DNA of 51,771 nucleotides from Phycisphaerae bacterium (GTDB lineage Bacteria; Planctomycetota; Phycisphaerae; UBA1845; PWPN01): NCBI GenBank assembly GCA_039961895.1, contig JABRVU010000157.1, positions 1 to 51,771 of the forward strand, read 5' to 3'. Shown piece by piece: positions 43,666 to 51,771 of this stretch (position 1 is its first letter; each line of letters starts with the position of its first letter). The notes under the pieces were generated by a model. It saw only the letters and a program-made list of their open reading frames with translations, ran no database searches and was not told where the DNA came from. The position numbers and the translations under genes were made by a program.

Positions 43666-46600
43666 ATGTCCATCTCGCGCGATACGTTCGACCCGGCGAA
43701 AAACTACAAGCGGGTCCGCTACCACCAGGACCGGGACCTGCTCGACTCGGAACTGAACGAGCAGCAGGACATCATCAATAACGAGCGCAGGAAGCTCGCG
43801 GACATCCTCTTCAAGGAGGGGGCCATCGTCAGCGGCTTCGGCGTGACGGTCGCGGCCAACGTGCTCACCGTGGCCGAGGGGCTGGTCTACATCGACGGCT
43901 GCCTGGAGCGCGTGCCCGGCGCGGTGCTCACCTATGACCCGGCCAAGACGAGCGGCGCGGATTACGTATATGTCGAACTGCTCAAGTACAACTACGGCTA
44001 CAACCAGGACGCCGTGCTCATCAACCCCGCCACCGGCGAACCCACCGCCGAGCGCGAGAAGTGGGTCTTATCCCTCAAGAATCACGACACGAGCGGCGAG
44101 GCGTTGCCCAACAACGTGACCCAGCGCAAGGTGGTCGCTGTCCATAAGTTCGACCGCGGAACCGGCGACGTGACCGCGACCGTCCGCGAAAAATCGAACC
44201 TCTACCTACAGGACCTGCTCGGGACACTGCCCGGAAGCCGCATCACCGTGGCGTCGATCACCGAGGATCAACTTGCCTTCGCGGCCGCCGAGGGGCTGAA
44301 CTCGCTGCTCCAGAACCTGGCGGAGCGGACCTACGACCAGGCCGGCAGTTATCTGGTCAAGGGACTCGATAGCTTCATCGGCGACAACGACGGCCAAAAC
44401 GTCGAGGTGATCACCAACGCGGGCCGAGCCTATATCCAAGGGTTCCGCCTGCAGAAAGACCTGCCCACAACCACCTTGGTGCCCAAGTCCACGGCGGTCA
44501 AATCGGTCCGCGGCGAGCAGAAAACATACGTGATCGGCACCCGGCGCTATGCCCTCAACAACACGCCTCTCAAGGAAACCACTCAGGTCGAGGCCATCGT
44601 GGAGATCGTCTCCAACATCACGCGCGGCTCCGTCGGCGGCGGGGAGGACCTGCTCGTCCCCAACCCGGTGGTGGACATCCTCGAGGTGAGCCAGGGCGCG
44701 ACGGTCTTCCAGGAAGGAGCGGACTGGCAGCAGTCCGGCAACTACGTGGACTGGCTGGGTTCGGGCAACGAACCCGCCATCGGCACGACCTACACCGTCC
44801 GCTGGACCTACACCAAACAGATGATCGAGGGGACGGACTACGTGGACGGAGGCTGGTTCGGACGTTCGGGCCATCCCGCGGCTGACGAGTATTTCTATCT
44901 GGTCACCGCGCAGAGCGCCGCCGGCGAAACCCCGTACGATTCCGCCAAGGTCGTGTCCCGCGACACCCCGGCCGGGGAAATCAACCGCCTCTCCTGGCTT
45001 CCGGTCAGCGGCGCGACCGGTTACCGCATCTATCGCGGCACGCAAAACACGGTCCGCGCGGACTTTCAGCGGCTCAAGGACGTGGCAGCCGGGGTCACGT
45101 CGTACACGGACGACGGCGTGGACGTGATCGTCGGCGGCAACCCGCCCGCCTCCAACACGAGCGGCCTGACCATGTCCCCGGTGCAGGTCGAGCCCGGCAA
45201 CCTTTCCATCATCAATTTCGGCCGCGCCGACATCGGCGACGAGCCGGTGGCCGGCTCCAACTGCAGCATCGACTACGACTACTATGTCGGACGCAGGGAC
45301 ATCATCTACGCCACCACCCGCGAGATCAAGCGGCTGGAAGGCGCTCCGGCGGACTGGCCGAAGCTGCCCATCGTCCCGGAAGGCACGCTCGGACTCTGCA
45401 GCGTCGATTGTCCGCCGAATTCGGTGGATATGACGGTCTTCAATTTCGGACTGACCCGCGTCACCATGGACCAGATCCACGAGATCATCAAGGACGTCGA
45501 GGACCTCAAATACAACGACGCCCAGTTCCAGATGAACAACGAGCTGCAGAACCGGGACGCCCAGACCAAGAAGGGCGTCTATTCCGACGACTTTTCGAAC
45601 GACGCCCAGTCCGACATCTATCACAGCGAGTGGAGCGCCCGCATCGACCGGGTCCGGCGTTTCGCCGCACCGGCCAGGACAGCCTCGGCCACCGTGCTCA
45701 CGGTAAATCCCTCGGCGAGCAACGCCTTGTTCAAGGGCAGCCTCGCGTTGCTCCCGGCCACGGAACGTGTGCTCGTCGAGCAGACCGACTGGTCCGAGGT
45801 CAAAAACATCAACCCCTACGCCGTGTTCGAGAAACCCGATGCCTCAGTGGAGATCACGCCGAACATCGGCAGGCGCGGCCAGACCGGAATCGCCGTGGTC
45901 GGGTCCAACTTTCAGTCCAACGCGAACAACGTGACCATCCGCTGCGACGGCCAGGTGGTGGCGTCGGGTGTCCATGCGGACACCGCGGGCCGCGTGAGCG
46001 CGTCCTTCGTCATCCCCGAGAACGTGCGCAACGGCAACCGCATCGTGGAAATGACCGACGGGCTCTATTCCGCCCGAGCCGGCATTCAGATCAACGATCC
46101 GATGGTCATCACCCGCATCGAACGCATCGTCGAGGAGCGCATCATCCGCGTGCCCGTGGTTCAAGTGGTCTGGCGCACACAGATCGTCACCGTGCGCAAC
46201 GATCCTCTGGCCCAGACCTTCAGCTTCACCGAGGACAAGGTGGTCTCCGGTGTGGGATTGTATTTCACCGCCAAAGACCCGTCCATCCCGGTCACGGTCC
46301 AAATCCGCGGCGTCACCACGGGTCTGCCCAACGGCGTGATTTTCGCTGAAAAGGTCCTGGCCCCTGGCGACGTAAGTCTGAACGTCGAGACCAAGGTCGT
46401 CTTCGCCAACCCGTTTTACGCGCAGGCGGGAACCAGCTATGCCGTCGTGTTGCTTACCAACAGCAGCAACTACCGCATGCGCGTCGCCACCCTGGGGCAA
46501 CTGGGTCAAAACGGCGTGATCACCCGGCAGACCTATGCGGCCGGCGTGCTGCTGGAAAGCTCCAACGCCGAGACTTGGACGCCGCTCAACGGCTCCGATC

Positions 46601-47214
46601 TCACCATGAAAATCTATGGTTACGACTTTCAGCCCAGCGGAGAGGTGCGCTTCCAGCCCATCACCGGCGTACAGTTCAGCGATCTGAACCTGGACGAATA
46701 CTCATCCGTCCCTCAAGGCACCGGCATCGCTTGGGAGTATTCCACCGACGGCGGCGTCCTCTGGGACGCCATCGTGCCCGCGGAGGAGGAGCGCCTCCCC
46801 AACTTGGCAAGTCAAGTGCTGGTCCGGGCGCTTTTTTCCAGCAACGCCGCCAACATCTCTCCGGCGTTGATCCACAAGGATGTGAACCTCATCGGTTATC
46901 TCAACAATACCACGGGAAAGTACCTTAATCGGGAAAACGAGCTCACCCAGGGCGTCTCATCCACCAAAATATACACCCAGATGAACATCCCGAGCGGGAC
47001 GACCATCAACTGGTTCGCCTCCAATAACGGCGGCGCGACCTGGGAAGCCATGTCGATCCTGACGACGCGCAAAATCGACCAGGAGTGGACGGAGTACACG
47101 CTCACCAGGACCTTTTCCGACCCGAACGGAAACAGGGTCCGCTACAAGGCGGAGATGACCGGCAACAACCTGGTGTACCCGAGGATTCATACCCTGGGCG
47201 CGACGCTGAGCTGA
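43666..47214 (+). CDS. DUF4815-type large tail fibre / host-specificity protein
   Basis: 1182 aa. The N-terminus FDPAKNYKRVRYHQDRDLLDSELNEQQDI matches my memory of the DUF4815 start. An Ig/FN3-like segment lies around YRIYRG. Confidence 0.6.
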   Translation: MSISRDTFDPAKNYKRVRYHQDRDLLDSELNEQQDIINNERRKLADILFKEGAIVSGFGVTVAANVLTVAEGLVYIDGCLERVPGAVLTYDPAKTSGADYVYVELLKYNYGYNQDAVLINPATGEPTAEREKWVLSLKNHDTSGEALPNNVTQRKVVAVHKFDRGTGDVTATVREKSNLYLQDLLGTLPGSRITVASITEDQLAFAAAEGLNSLLQNLAERTYDQAGSYLVKGLDSFIGDNDGQNVEVITNAGRAYIQGFRLQKDLPTTTLVPKSTAVKSVRGEQKTYVIGTRRYALNNTPLKETTQVEAIVEIVSNITRGSVGGGEDLLVPNPVVDILEVSQGATVFQEGADWQQSGNYVDWLGSGNEPAIGTTYTVRWTYTKQMIEGTDYVDGGWFGRSGHPAADEYFYLVTAQSAAGETPYDSAKVVSRDTPAGEINRLSWLPVSGATGYRIYRGTQNTVRADFQRLKDVAAGVTSYTDDGVDVIVGGNPPASNTSGLTMSPVQVEPGNLSIINFGRADIGDEPVAGSNCSIDYDYYVGRRDIIYATTREIKRLEGAPADWPKLPIVPEGTLGLCSVDCPPNSVDMTVFNFGLTRVTMDQIHEIIKDVEDLKYNDAQFQMNNELQNRDAQTKKGVYSDDFSNDAQSDIYHSEWSARIDRVRRFAAPARTASATVLTVNPSASNALFKGSLALLPATERVLVEQTDWSEVKNINPYAVFEKPDASVEITPNIGRRGQTGIAVVGSNFQSNANNVTIRCDGQVVASGVHADTAGRVSASFVIPENVRNGNRIVEMTDGLYSARAGIQINDPMVITRIERIVEERIIRVPVVQVVWRTQIVTVRNDPLAQTFSFTEDKVVSGVGLYFTAKDPSIPVTVQIRGVTTGLPNGVIFAEKVLAPGDVSLNVETKVVFANPFYAQAGTSYAVVLLTNSSNYRMRVATLGQLGQNGVITRQTYAAGVLLESSNAETWTPLNGSDLTMKIYGYDFQPSGEVRFQPITGVQFSDLNLDEYSSVPQGTGIAWEYSTDGGVLWDAIVPAEEERLPNLASQVLVRALFSSNAANISPALIHKDVNLIGYLNNTTGKYLNRENELTQGVSSTKIYTQMNIPSGTTINWFASNNGGATWEAMSILTTRKIDQEWTEYTLTRTFSDPNGNRVRYKAEMTGNNLVYPRIHTLGATLS

Positions 47215-47227
47215 TCGGAGGGACGTC

Positions 47228-47533
47228 ATGATCGTTCGCAGACAAGGCGGATTGACCGAGTTCATCCCCTCACCACAGGAAAAGCGTGACGGAGTCCTCC
47301 GGGACCACACCCTCGATCTGCTCGCCAACCTGGACGACCGCTTGCGGCGCGTCGAGGAGCGGCAGGGCATTGAGCCGGACGCCGCCGAGGCGTTCGCCGG
47401 ACTTATGGCCCGCATCCGGCAGGAGGAGATCGAAGCCGGTCGGATCAACCGGGAACTGATGGACGCCGGATACCTGCATGAAGACCTGTCCGCGGCGGCG
47501 CTTGCGGCGCAGGCCGGGAGGAACCAACCATGA
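47228..47533 (+). CDS. Hypothetical protein (101 aa), possible fibre chaperone
   Basis: SD GGAGGG. ATGA overlap with the next gene. Confidence 0.45.
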   Translation: MIVRRQGGLTEFIPSPQEKRDGVLRDHTLDLLANLDDRLRRVEERQGIEPDAAEAFAGLMARIRQEEIEAGRINRELMDAGYLHEDLSAAALAAQAGRNQP

Positions 47534-48843
47534 GCATCACCATCGAGAGCAACACCGATACGATTCTGGAACTGCCCGGGCTTACGGGTACGCTCGGACC
47601 CGGAAAGACCGCCGTTGTTCCGGCGATGACCCCGGACCTGCTGCGCGCCGTGGACCTCGGCCTGCTGTTGGTCCCCTCCGGAGCGGAACCGCCCGAGGGG
47701 CTGCCGCCGGTGGTGTTCGACCACCGCTACCCGCACGTTCTGCCCCTGACGGCCGCTCGTGCCTACTATGTCCGCGTCCTCCGGTTCCCGGGCGCTTTCC
47801 ACGACTGGACCCGACCCCGGAACTTCATCGCCTACTACGGCGACGGAGCGGGCATGAGCTGCGCCTTCTCCGACAACGGGCTCGCCTGGGACACGGAGAA
47901 AAAAATCACCGGCATCGCGGTCAACGGCTATCACGTGGTCTGCACCCTGGAGACCGCGAACCGGCTGCGCATCCTCTATTGGAACCCGGACGTTCCCAAT
48001 CAGCCCTATGCCATGGCCGGTCTGCGAAGCGCGGTCTGCGATCCGTCGGTCGACCCCGCCGCGTTCACGGGCGACACCCCGTGTTCCGGCGACCTGGTGA
48101 CCGAGGGAAGCGTCCAGGTCTGGAACCGCGGTCATTACGGGCCATCATTTCTCTGGTACAATCCGCTTCCCACCTCGGTCGAAGGAAGACCTTTCACCTG
48201 GCGCTACACCATGTATTTCATCGCCTCCACCGGCGGCAACGACAGCCTCGGTCTGGCCTGCTCCAATGACGCGGTCGTATGGAAGTTGTTCGGAAACGGC
48301 CCGATCCTCTCCGGCCTGATCGACCCACAGCTATGGGAAGGCGCGAACGGATACGTCTCCTCCGCCCACGTCGAGCGGCTTCCCGACGGGAGATGGTGGA
48401 TGCTCTACTCCGGGGGCTCCGCGGGAAACGCCGGGATCGGCTACGCATGGTCCTGGGACCGCGTCCACTGGCGCAAAGCGGAGATTAATCCCGTGTTCAA
48501 AAACGGCAGCGGGCCATTCCTCGAGCGCTGCTACACGCCGAGCCTGGTCCGGGACGCCGACGGCTCGCTGCTCCTTTACCGCGCGGCCAAGGATGCGACC
48601 GCCTACCGGACCTTCGTTTCCCGTCTGCGGGCACCGGCCCTCGGATGGCGTGATTTGCTCGGCCCGGACCGGCTCGGTCAGGGTCTCACCGCGCGTGAAT
48701 CTGTCCGGCGTGGCGTCGGCACCCAGGCCGAGCGCGACGCAGCCATCCCCGCCCCGTCCATGGGCGACGAGTGGTTCAACACCGACCTCGCGGGCGGCGG
48801 AAAGTGGGAAAAACACACCGGGACGATCTGGAAGCAGACCTGA
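47530..48843 (+). CDS. Beta-propeller glycosidase-like protein (GH43/GH32/GH130-like fold), possible tail depolymerase
   Basis: Repeated blade-like motifs: CAFSDNGLAWD, LGLACSNDAVVWK, GIGYAWSWDRVHW, LLLYRAA. Confidence 0.4.
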   Translation: MSITIESNTDTILELPGLTGTLGPGKTAVVPAMTPDLLRAVDLGLLLVPSGAEPPEGLPPVVFDHRYPHVLPLTAARAYYVRVLRFPGAFHDWTRPRNFIAYYGDGAGMSCAFSDNGLAWDTEKKITGIAVNGYHVVCTLETANRLRILYWNPDVPNQPYAMAGLRSAVCDPSVDPAAFTGDTPCSGDLVTEGSVQVWNRGHYGPSFLWYNPLPTSVEGRPFTWRYTMYFIASTGGNDSLGLACSNDAVVWKLFGNGPILSGLIDPQLWEGANGYVSSAHVERLPDGRWWMLYSGGSAGNAGIGYAWSWDRVHWRKAEINPVFKNGSGPFLERCYTPSLVRDADGSLLLYRAAKDATAYRTFVSRLRAPALGWRDLLGPDRLGQGLTARESVRRGVGTQAERDAAIPAPSMGDEWFNTDLAGGGKWEKHTGTIWKQT

Positions 48844-49056
48844 TTCCCGGAACACCTCACTTTTCTTCGGACGCCGGGCAATCCCGTAACCCCGCGTGTT
48901 TCCGCAGGTTGTGGCCGCATGTACATAAACCATTGGAATCAAAGGAATTATGTGTCGAATTCGCCTTGCTTTTTGTTCGGAAAGAAGCCTGTATGTGTGT
49001 GAACACAAGAGCCAATCCCTTGCCGGGAAAGGGCTTACAGAACGCAAGGAGAGACC

Positions 49057-50052
49057 ATGGACTTACGCCGGATCAACTTCGGAATCGAGATCGAGACAGT
49101 CAAGCGGACGCGCGAGCGGGTCGCCCAGGCGATCCAGTCGGTGGTGGGCGGCCAGGTCCGCCACATCGGCAGCCCGGGGAGCTTCGACCCCTGGGAAGTC
49201 ACCGACAACCATGGACGGGTCTGGAAAGTGGTGTCCGACGGCTCGCTCATCAATGTGCCGGTCCACCTGCGGGCCGAGGTGGTGAGCCCCGTCCTGTCCT
49301 ACGAGGACATCCCCGTCCTTCAGGAGGTCGTCCGGGCGTTGCGGGCCTGCGGAGCCAAGGTGGACGACCGTTGCGGCATCCACGTCCACGTCGACGCCAC
49401 GGCCTTTGACGGCCGGACCCTCGCGAACCTCGCCAAGATCGTCTACAAACAGGAAGCGCTCATTCTCACCGCTCTGGGCGTGAACGAGACCCGCCGCCGG
49501 AGCTACAGCAAACCGGTGAGCGACGATCTCATCGCGCAGATCGAGCGACGCCGTCCCAGAACCAGGGACCAGCTCAATCACATTTGGTACGGCTACCACA
49601 ACCGGCAGCCCCAGCACTACGACAGCACCCGCTACCACGGGGTGAACCTGCACAACGTCTGGTACCGGGGCACGGTCGAGTTCCGCTGGTTCGAAGGGAC
49701 GCTCCACGCGGGAAAGGTGAAAGCCTACGTCCAACTGGTCCTGGCCGTGGCGGCCAAGGCGCTGAACGGTCGGGCGGCATCGAGCCGCAAGAGGTCCTTC
49801 GACCCACAGAGCGCCCGGTACGACTTCCGGGTCTTCCTGCTCCATCTGGGGCTCATCGGCGACGAGTTCAAGACCGCGCGCAAGCATCTGATCGCCGCCT
49901 TGCCGGGGGACTCGGCCTTCAAACGCGGCAGGGTGAAACCAAATGAACAACCCGCCGACAAGGCGGAACCCTTCACGGAGGCCGGGCCCGAAACCCGGCC
50001 TCCGGCATTTTCGGGGGACGAGACCGGCGGGACGCAAGGAGGCGCGTCATGA
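49057..50052 (+). CDS. Amidoligase_2-family (glutamine-synthetase-like) enzyme
   Basis: [15 protein letters not shown] and [11 protein letters not shown] motifs, characteristic of the Amidoligase_2 family. Confidence 0.75.
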   Translation: MDLRRINFGIEIETVKRTRERVAQAIQSVVGGQVRHIGSPGSFDPWEVTDNHGRVWKVVSDGSLINVPVHLRAEVVSPVLSYEDIPVLQEVVRALRACGAKVDDRCGIHVHVDATAFDGRTLANLAKIVYKQEALILTALGVNETRRRSYSKPVSDDLIAQIERRRPRTRDQLNHIWYGYHNRQPQHYDSTRYHGVNLHNVWYRGTVEFRWFEGTLHAGKVKAYVQLVLAVAAKALNGRAASSRKRSFDPQSARYDFRVFLLHLGLIGDEFKTARKHLIAALPGDSAFKRGRVKPNEQPADKAEPFTEAGPETRPPAFSGDETGGTQGGAS

Positions 50053-50549
50053 GAGTGCTGATTCGAAACACCGCCCTCAATGGGCAGCCGCTGGAAGGCG
50101 ACGGCGAAATCTTCACCGGAGCGACGGTGACCGACGTGGTCCTGGCCATGAAAGGAGCCACGCTCTTTTCCGACCAGCGGGACCTCGAGGATTACATCGA
50201 CATGGTCTTGCGCAACGCCAAGATGCTGTCTGGCGTCGAGCTTACGGTCCGGGGCGACACGCCCGAGGAAAAGGCCGCATCCTTCCTGGATGCCCTGATC
50301 AAACACGGCCTTGCCGAGGTGCAGGACGACAAACCCGCGCGGATACCGATTCCCGCCCTGGTCTGGCAGGGCATCGACGCGGTCCGGCTCTCGGGGTTGA
50401 CCAACATGCTCGACCGGCCGGTCGTCGCCCGGCTGGCAGGGGAGCTCGGATATCCCGATGCCGCGAGCTGGATCGAGGAGCATCCGAAGGAATACGCCGA
50501 GGGCGTCTTCCGCGGGTTCATCGTCGATCCGCAGGGAGGGAAATCCTGA
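50049..50549 (+). CDS. Hypothetical protein with C-terminal DUF5049-like domain
   Basis: ATGA overlap with the upstream stop. [57 protein letters not shown]. Confidence 0.5.
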   Translation: MRVLIRNTALNGQPLEGDGEIFTGATVTDVVLAMKGATLFSDQRDLEDYIDMVLRNAKMLSGVELTVRGDTPEEKAASFLDALIKHGLAEVQDDKPARIPIPALVWQGIDAVRLSGLTNMLDRPVVARLAGELGYPDAASWIEEHPKEYAEGVFRGFIVDPQGGKS

Positions 50550-51331
50550 TGTGCGGGCTCGCGGGCGTCATCTTCGGAAAAAAACGGCGGCGCGCCGAGG
50601 AGCGGGAGTATCTCGCCTGGCTCTTTACCCGCCTGCTTGTATTGAGCGAGGAGCGCGGACCACACGCCACCGGCGCGGCATGGCTCGACACCGACGGCGG
50701 ACACCGGCTCTTCAAGCGCCCGGTGACGGCCGAGCGGTTCGTCACGGACAAGGCCTTCGCCGAACTCCTTGCCTCTATGGACAACCGCGCCACGCTCCTG
50801 CTCGGGCACACACGCTGGCGCACCCGAGGGGACGAACGGGTCAACAGCAACAACCACCCGATCCGCGCCGGGGAGGTGATCGGCACCCACAACGGCACCA
50901 TCTACAACGCCGATTACCTGTTCCGCCGCTGGAAGCTGCGACGCTTCGCCGAGGTGGACAGCGAGATTCTGTTCCGCCTGGCCGCAAACGCCGCGCGGGA
51001 CGGGGCCATGGATATCGAGCGGTTCAAAGCCCGGCTCCGGCGCTGTCGGGGTCAGATCACCGCCGTCATCGCCTGCCGGACCGACCCGGGCACCGTCTTT
51101 GTGCTCAAGGGCAACCGACCGCTGGAACTACGCTGGCATCCCCGCCGCAAAGCGGTTCTCTACGCGTCGGACCCGGCGTACCTCGACGCCGTGCTGGCGG
51201 AGGAAAAAGGCTGGCGTGAGATTGCGGTCCCGCCCATGAGCCTGATGGTGTTCCGGCGCGAGGACCTGGCCGGGTACTCGGTGGAGCCCTTCGAGTTTGT
51301 CGCCCAGGAGAGAAGGCGGGCGGAACCATGA
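50549..51331 (+). CDS. Class II (Ntn) glutamine amidotransferase-like protein
   Basis: Starts MCGLAGV (Cys2 nucleophile). GHTRWRTRG, NNHP, HNGTIYN and DSEIL motifs. TGATG overlap with the upstream gene. Confidence 0.8.
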   Translation: MCGLAGVIFGKKRRRAEEREYLAWLFTRLLVLSEERGPHATGAAWLDTDGGHRLFKRPVTAERFVTDKAFAELLASMDNRATLLLGHTRWRTRGDERVNSNNHPIRAGEVIGTHNGTIYNADYLFRRWKLRRFAEVDSEILFRLAANAARDGAMDIERFKARLRRCRGQITAVIACRTDPGTVFVLKGNRPLELRWHPRRKAVLYASDPAYLDAVLAEEKGWREIAVPPMSLMVFRREDLAGYSVEPFEFVAQERRRAEP

Positions 51332-51771
51332 CAGACACCCCAATGAACCCAATGAACCAGGCAATGAACCCAACAGAACCCTTGAAGCCGAACACAAACG
51401 GAATGCTGAGACTCTTCGTCTACGGCACACTGAAGTGCGGTTTCTGGAACCACGACCGCTTCAGCCGGGGAGTCCTGGCGGTGGAGGACGCCTTGGTCCG
51501 CGGCCGCCTCTTCGAGACATCCTCCGGAATCCCGGTCCTGCAGGTCCCGGAGGAGGATATCCTCGCCGTCGGGACCACCGATCCGCTCGCCGACGTGGCC
51601 ACACAAGCGCGCGTCGTGGCTCGCATGTCCAATCCCGAGCCAATCCTCGATCGGCTTCCGAAGAAGGGCACAGGCGCGCCCTGGGGCCCCGTGTATGGGG
51701 AGCTTCTGACCTTCGACGATCCCGAAAACCGCCTTCCGGCCATCGACCGGCTGGAGGGGTTTCATCCCGGC
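51328..51771 (+). CDS. Gamma-glutamylcyclotransferase (AIG2/GGACT-like), 3' end outside the window
   Basis: ATGA overlap with the upstream stop. LFVYGTLKCGFWNH and PVYGEL motifs. No stop codon before the window end. Confidence 0.7.
   Translation, partial: MTDTPMNPMNQAMNPTEPLKPNTNGMLRLFVYGTLKCGFWNHDRFSRGVLAVEDALVRGRLFETSSGIPVLQVPEEDILAVGTTDPLADVATQARVVARMSNPEPILDRLPKKGTGAPWGPVYGELLTFDDPENRLPAIDRLEGFHPG

Noticed and set aside
48844-49056. Possible small ORFs or an ncRNA in the lower-GC spacer before the amidoligase operon
   Set aside because: Only weak hairpins are present (for example CCCTT-GCCGGGA-AAGGG near 49017-49033), and no convincing ORF with an SD. The most economical reading is a promoter/leader region, so no feature is called.
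1-51771. Looked for direct terminal repeats, tRNA or rRNA genes, a reverse transcriptase/DGR cassette near the fibre genes, and toxin-antitoxin pairs
   Set aside because: The window ends share no obvious repeat. I found no cloverleaf-like or rRNA-like segments by eye, and no RT motif (YxDD) in any supported ORF. The absence of tRNAs cannot be proven without tRNAscan-SE.

Overview
All family calls below come from reading the supplied translations by eye; no database search or tool was run. The window looks like most of a high-GC (about 63-65% by eye) contractile-tailed dsDNA phage or prophage, almost entirely on the + strand. In order it contains: a dense octamer-repeat regulatory region (81-404), an unknown early gene, a small Mor-like HTH protein and a putative small terminase. 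Next comes a 2.4-kb island (tyrosine recombinase, stand-alone core-binding-domain ORF, lipoprotein), then the large terminase. A reverse-strand, lower-GC AAA+ ATPase/DUF4143 moron follows, then the portal and a 1521-aa MuF-containing polyvalent protein. After that is a 1287-aa fusion of two Dam-like methyltransferase modules to a prohead protease and scaffold, then decoration protein, HK97-fold capsid and head-tail connectors. The tail module has sheath, tube, a tail chaperone with a -1 frameshift, and tape measure. The baseplate module (gpD, gpV spike, PAAR, gpW, gpJ, gpI) is interrupted by an M15 peptidase, a GT2 glycosyltransferase and Ig-like proteins. It ends with a DUF4815 fibre protein and a beta-propeller protein, followed by an amidoligase / DUF5049 / class-II amidotransferase / gamma-glutamylcyclotransferase operon that runs off the window. 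I saw no rRNA, tRNA or CRISPR array. The best leads are: (1) seven co-oriented copies of a fixed-geometry bipartite promoter-like motif marking each phage module; (2) the methyltransferase-protease-scaffold fusion; (3) the polyvalent virion protein with a PI3/4-kinase-like domain and an unassigned C-terminal effector-like domain; (4) the amidoligase operon; (5) the octamer array at the left end.
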